Source: Candidatus Nanohaloarchaea archaeon
GTDB taxonomy: Archaea > Nanohalarchaeota > Nanosalinia > Nanosalinales > Nanosalinaceae
Direction of reading: 5' to 3'
Length of the DNA: 37,929 bases
Assembly (NCBI GenBank): GCA_046497485.1
Contig: JAWOFP010000023.1
Span: forward strand, 1 to 37,929
The position numbers and the translations under genes were made by a program. Below the pieces are notes generated by a model. The model had not been told where the DNA came from. It was given only the letters and a program-made list of their open reading frames with translations, and did no database searches. Positions within the stretch are counted from its first letter, which is position 1; the number at the start of each line of letters is the position of its first letter. Positions 36,254 to 37,929 of the stretch are shown here, in pieces.

Positions 36254-37929
36254 AGAACTAGGATTCAAATGCGGAATCGAAATCCATCAGCAACTAGATA
36301 CGGATAGAAAACTTTTCTGCCACTGCCCGGTCGATTTAGTGGATGAAAGCGCAAATGGCAAATTTTCTCGCTATCTGAACGCAGTTGCTGGAGAACAGGG
36401 AGAGACAGATGAAGCAGCGGAACAGGCCTCATCCAAAAACACGAAATACATCTACAAATACTATAATAGAAACAACTGCCTGGTAGAAGCAGATGAAGAA
36501 CCACCTCACAAAATGAGTGAAGAGGCCTTAAACACTGTACTCACTTTCTCACGAATGGTCGATGCAGAAGTCGTACCAGAGATCCAGATAATGAGAAAAT
36601 TAGTGGTAGATGGATCCAACACTTCTGGCTTCCAGAGGACTGCTATGGTAGGCCTAGATGGAGAACTTGAGACTGAATCAGGGACAGTAAGCATTGAGGA
36701 TATCGAGCTTGAGGAAGAATCCGCAGGAATCCATGAGCGCGATCCAGATAGAGCAGTATATGACTTGAATCGGCTGGGAGTTCCGCTTATTGAAATTGGG
36801 ACTGATGCATCGATTCAGAATCCAGAGCATGCTAGAGAAGTTGCTATGAAACTTGGAATGCTTCTAAGATCGACAGGTAAAGCTCGTAGAGGCCTAGGAA
36901 CTATCAGGCAGGATGTTAATGTTTCAATTGAAGAAGGCTCTAGAGTAGAGATTAAAGGTTTCCAAGATGTTAAGAATATTGATAAATTAATTGAACTTGA
37001 AGTACAGCGCCAGAAAAACCTGGTGGAGCTTGGAGAAGAACTAGATGATGAAGAGGTTCTTGGAGACAATGTAACACATCTATTTGATGACACAGATAAT
37101 CAGATAATTTCAACTGTGATTGAAAACGATGGCGCAGTCTACGCATTGAAACTTCCAGGCCTGACAGGAAGAATGAAGCAGGAAATTTCTGGCGATAGAT
37201 ATGTGGCAGAAGAACTAGTCGATTATGCGAAAGAGCAAGGCGTCCAGGGAATTTTACATACTGATGAAGACATAGAGAAATATGATCTTGTTGAAGAATT
37301 TGAGGAAGTCGGAGATGTACTGAAAAAGGACGAAGAAGACGTTATTGCTTTAATTGCGGCTCCAGAGAATCAGGCAAAGTCAGCAGCTCAAAGAGTTAAG
37401 AAGAGAGCTGAGATGCTTTACAGAGGTGAGATTCCAGAGGAGACAAGAGGCGCTGAACAAGACTTCACAACCAGCTACATGAGGCCTTTACCTGGTGCAG
37501 CAAGGATGTATCCGGAAACCGATATCCCCTCAGTCAGGATCACAGATGAAAGAATTGAGGAAATAGATGAGAATCTTCCTGAGACTCTAGAAGAAAAAAG
37601 AGAGAGGTTGAAGGATGAGATAGGTGAACAACTAGCTGACCAGTTAGTAAACTCGAGAAAGATAGGATTGTTCAACAAGTTTGAAGACTCAGTTGATAGA
37701 AAGGATCTTGCAAACTACATTGTTAATACTCTTCCAAGACTGGAAAGCGAAGGCCTAGAAGTAGAAGAGCAAGATGCTGAGAAAATCATCGAGGCCTTTT
37801 CTGAAGGTGAGTTGGAGAAAGGTCATTTGGAGAAGGCTTCAAAGCTTGCTGCAGAAGGGTCAGATGATCCTGTCAAAGAAGTAGTTGAATCACAGGCCTC
37901 AGAAGATGAGATTGAAGAAGCAGTAAGAG
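36243..37929 (+). CDS. gatE: Glu-tRNA(Gln) amidotransferase subunit E (3' end beyond the window)
   Basis: Not in the ORF track (no stop in window). Manual translation from ATG 36243: MNYEELGFKCGIEIHQQL, KLFC, MRKLVVDGSNTSGFQRT, RGLGTIRQDVNVSI, RPLPGAARMYPETD. Confidence 0.96.
   Translation, partial: MNYEELGFKCGIEIHQQLDTDRKLFCHCPVDLVDESANGKFSRYLNAVAGEQGETDEAAEQASSKNTKYIYKYYNRNNCLVEADEEPPHKMSEEALNTVLTFSRMVDAEVVPEIQIMRKLVVDGSNTSGFQRTAMVGLDGELETESGTVSIEDIELEEESAGIHERDPDRAVYDLNRLGVPLIEIGTDASIQNPEHAREVAMKLGMLLRSTGKARRGLGTIRQDVNVSIEEGSRVEIKGFQDVKNIDKLIELEVQRQKNLVELGEELDDEEVLGDNVTHLFDDTDNQIISTVIENDGAVYALKLPGLTGRMKQEISGDRYVAEELVDYAKEQGVQGILHTDEDIEKYDLVEEFEEVGDVLKKDEEDVIALIAAPENQAKSAAQRVKKRAEMLYRGEIPEETRGAEQDFTTSYMRPLPGAARMYPETDIPSVRITDERIEEIDENLPETLEEKRERLKDEIGEQLADQLVNSRKIGLFNKFEDSVDRKDLANYIVNTLPRLESEGLEVEEQDAEKIIEAFSEGELEKGHLEKASKLAAEGSDDPVKEVVESQASEDEIEEAVR

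Larger units (their letters stand above)
1..37929. repeat. Highly iterated palindromic hexamer AGGCCT dispersed through the window
   Basis: About 40 copies counted by hand in the first 10.2 kb (e.g. 1282, 1298, 1469, 1478, 2271, 3381, 4891, 5241, 6611, 8011); abundant through most of the rest. Confidence 0.9.

Noticed and set aside
2055..37678. Numerous short antisense or alternate-frame ORFs in the track (e.g. 2589-2990, 9743-10138, 24916-25329, 28542-29045, 32962-33288, 36265-37678)
   Set aside because: They overlap well-supported genes, are Ser/Phe/Leu-rich mirror translations of acidic proteins and lack motifs.
1..37929. CRISPR array or tandem repeat built from AGGCCT
   Set aside because: The hexamer is irregularly spaced, mostly within genes, and has no longer conserved flanks.

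Overview
Archaeal chromosomal segment. The acidic, Glu-rich proteins, GC of roughly 40-45% (estimated by eye), compact intergenic spaces, DPANN-type pilin and archaeal GluRS/GatDE point to a Nanohaloarchaeota-like halophile (inference). Content in order: tRNA-Val(GAC); two tandem paralogues of unknown family, one broken by an in-frame TAG; an intron-containing tRNA-Met(CAT); an unannotated 42-aa zinc-finger microprotein; gltX; a ~25 kb UV/oxidative-stress neighbourhood (EndoQ, uvrC-uvrA/uvrB, DUF429 nuclease, PNKP-like phosphatase, three photolyase-family genes, endonuclease III, peroxiredoxin, two OsmC proteins, nitroreductase); a regulator-CcdA-GcvH-thioredoxin-OsmC cluster; a RelE/RHH toxin-antitoxin pair; a pilin-like adhesin; RNase J; and a gatD...gatE operon running off the end. 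Most notable signals: (1) a highly iterated palindrome, AGGCCT, about 25-fold over-represented and frame-independent; (2) a tRNA-Met intron with a box C/D K-turn whose guide targets the tRNA's own C34; (3) a candidate lipoyl-relay redox operon; (4) a multi-hairpin element inserted in frame in nth; (5) parallel loss of Fe-S cysteine ligands in three repair enzymes. No CRISPR array, transposase or integrase was seen. All family calls come from motif recognition, not database searches.
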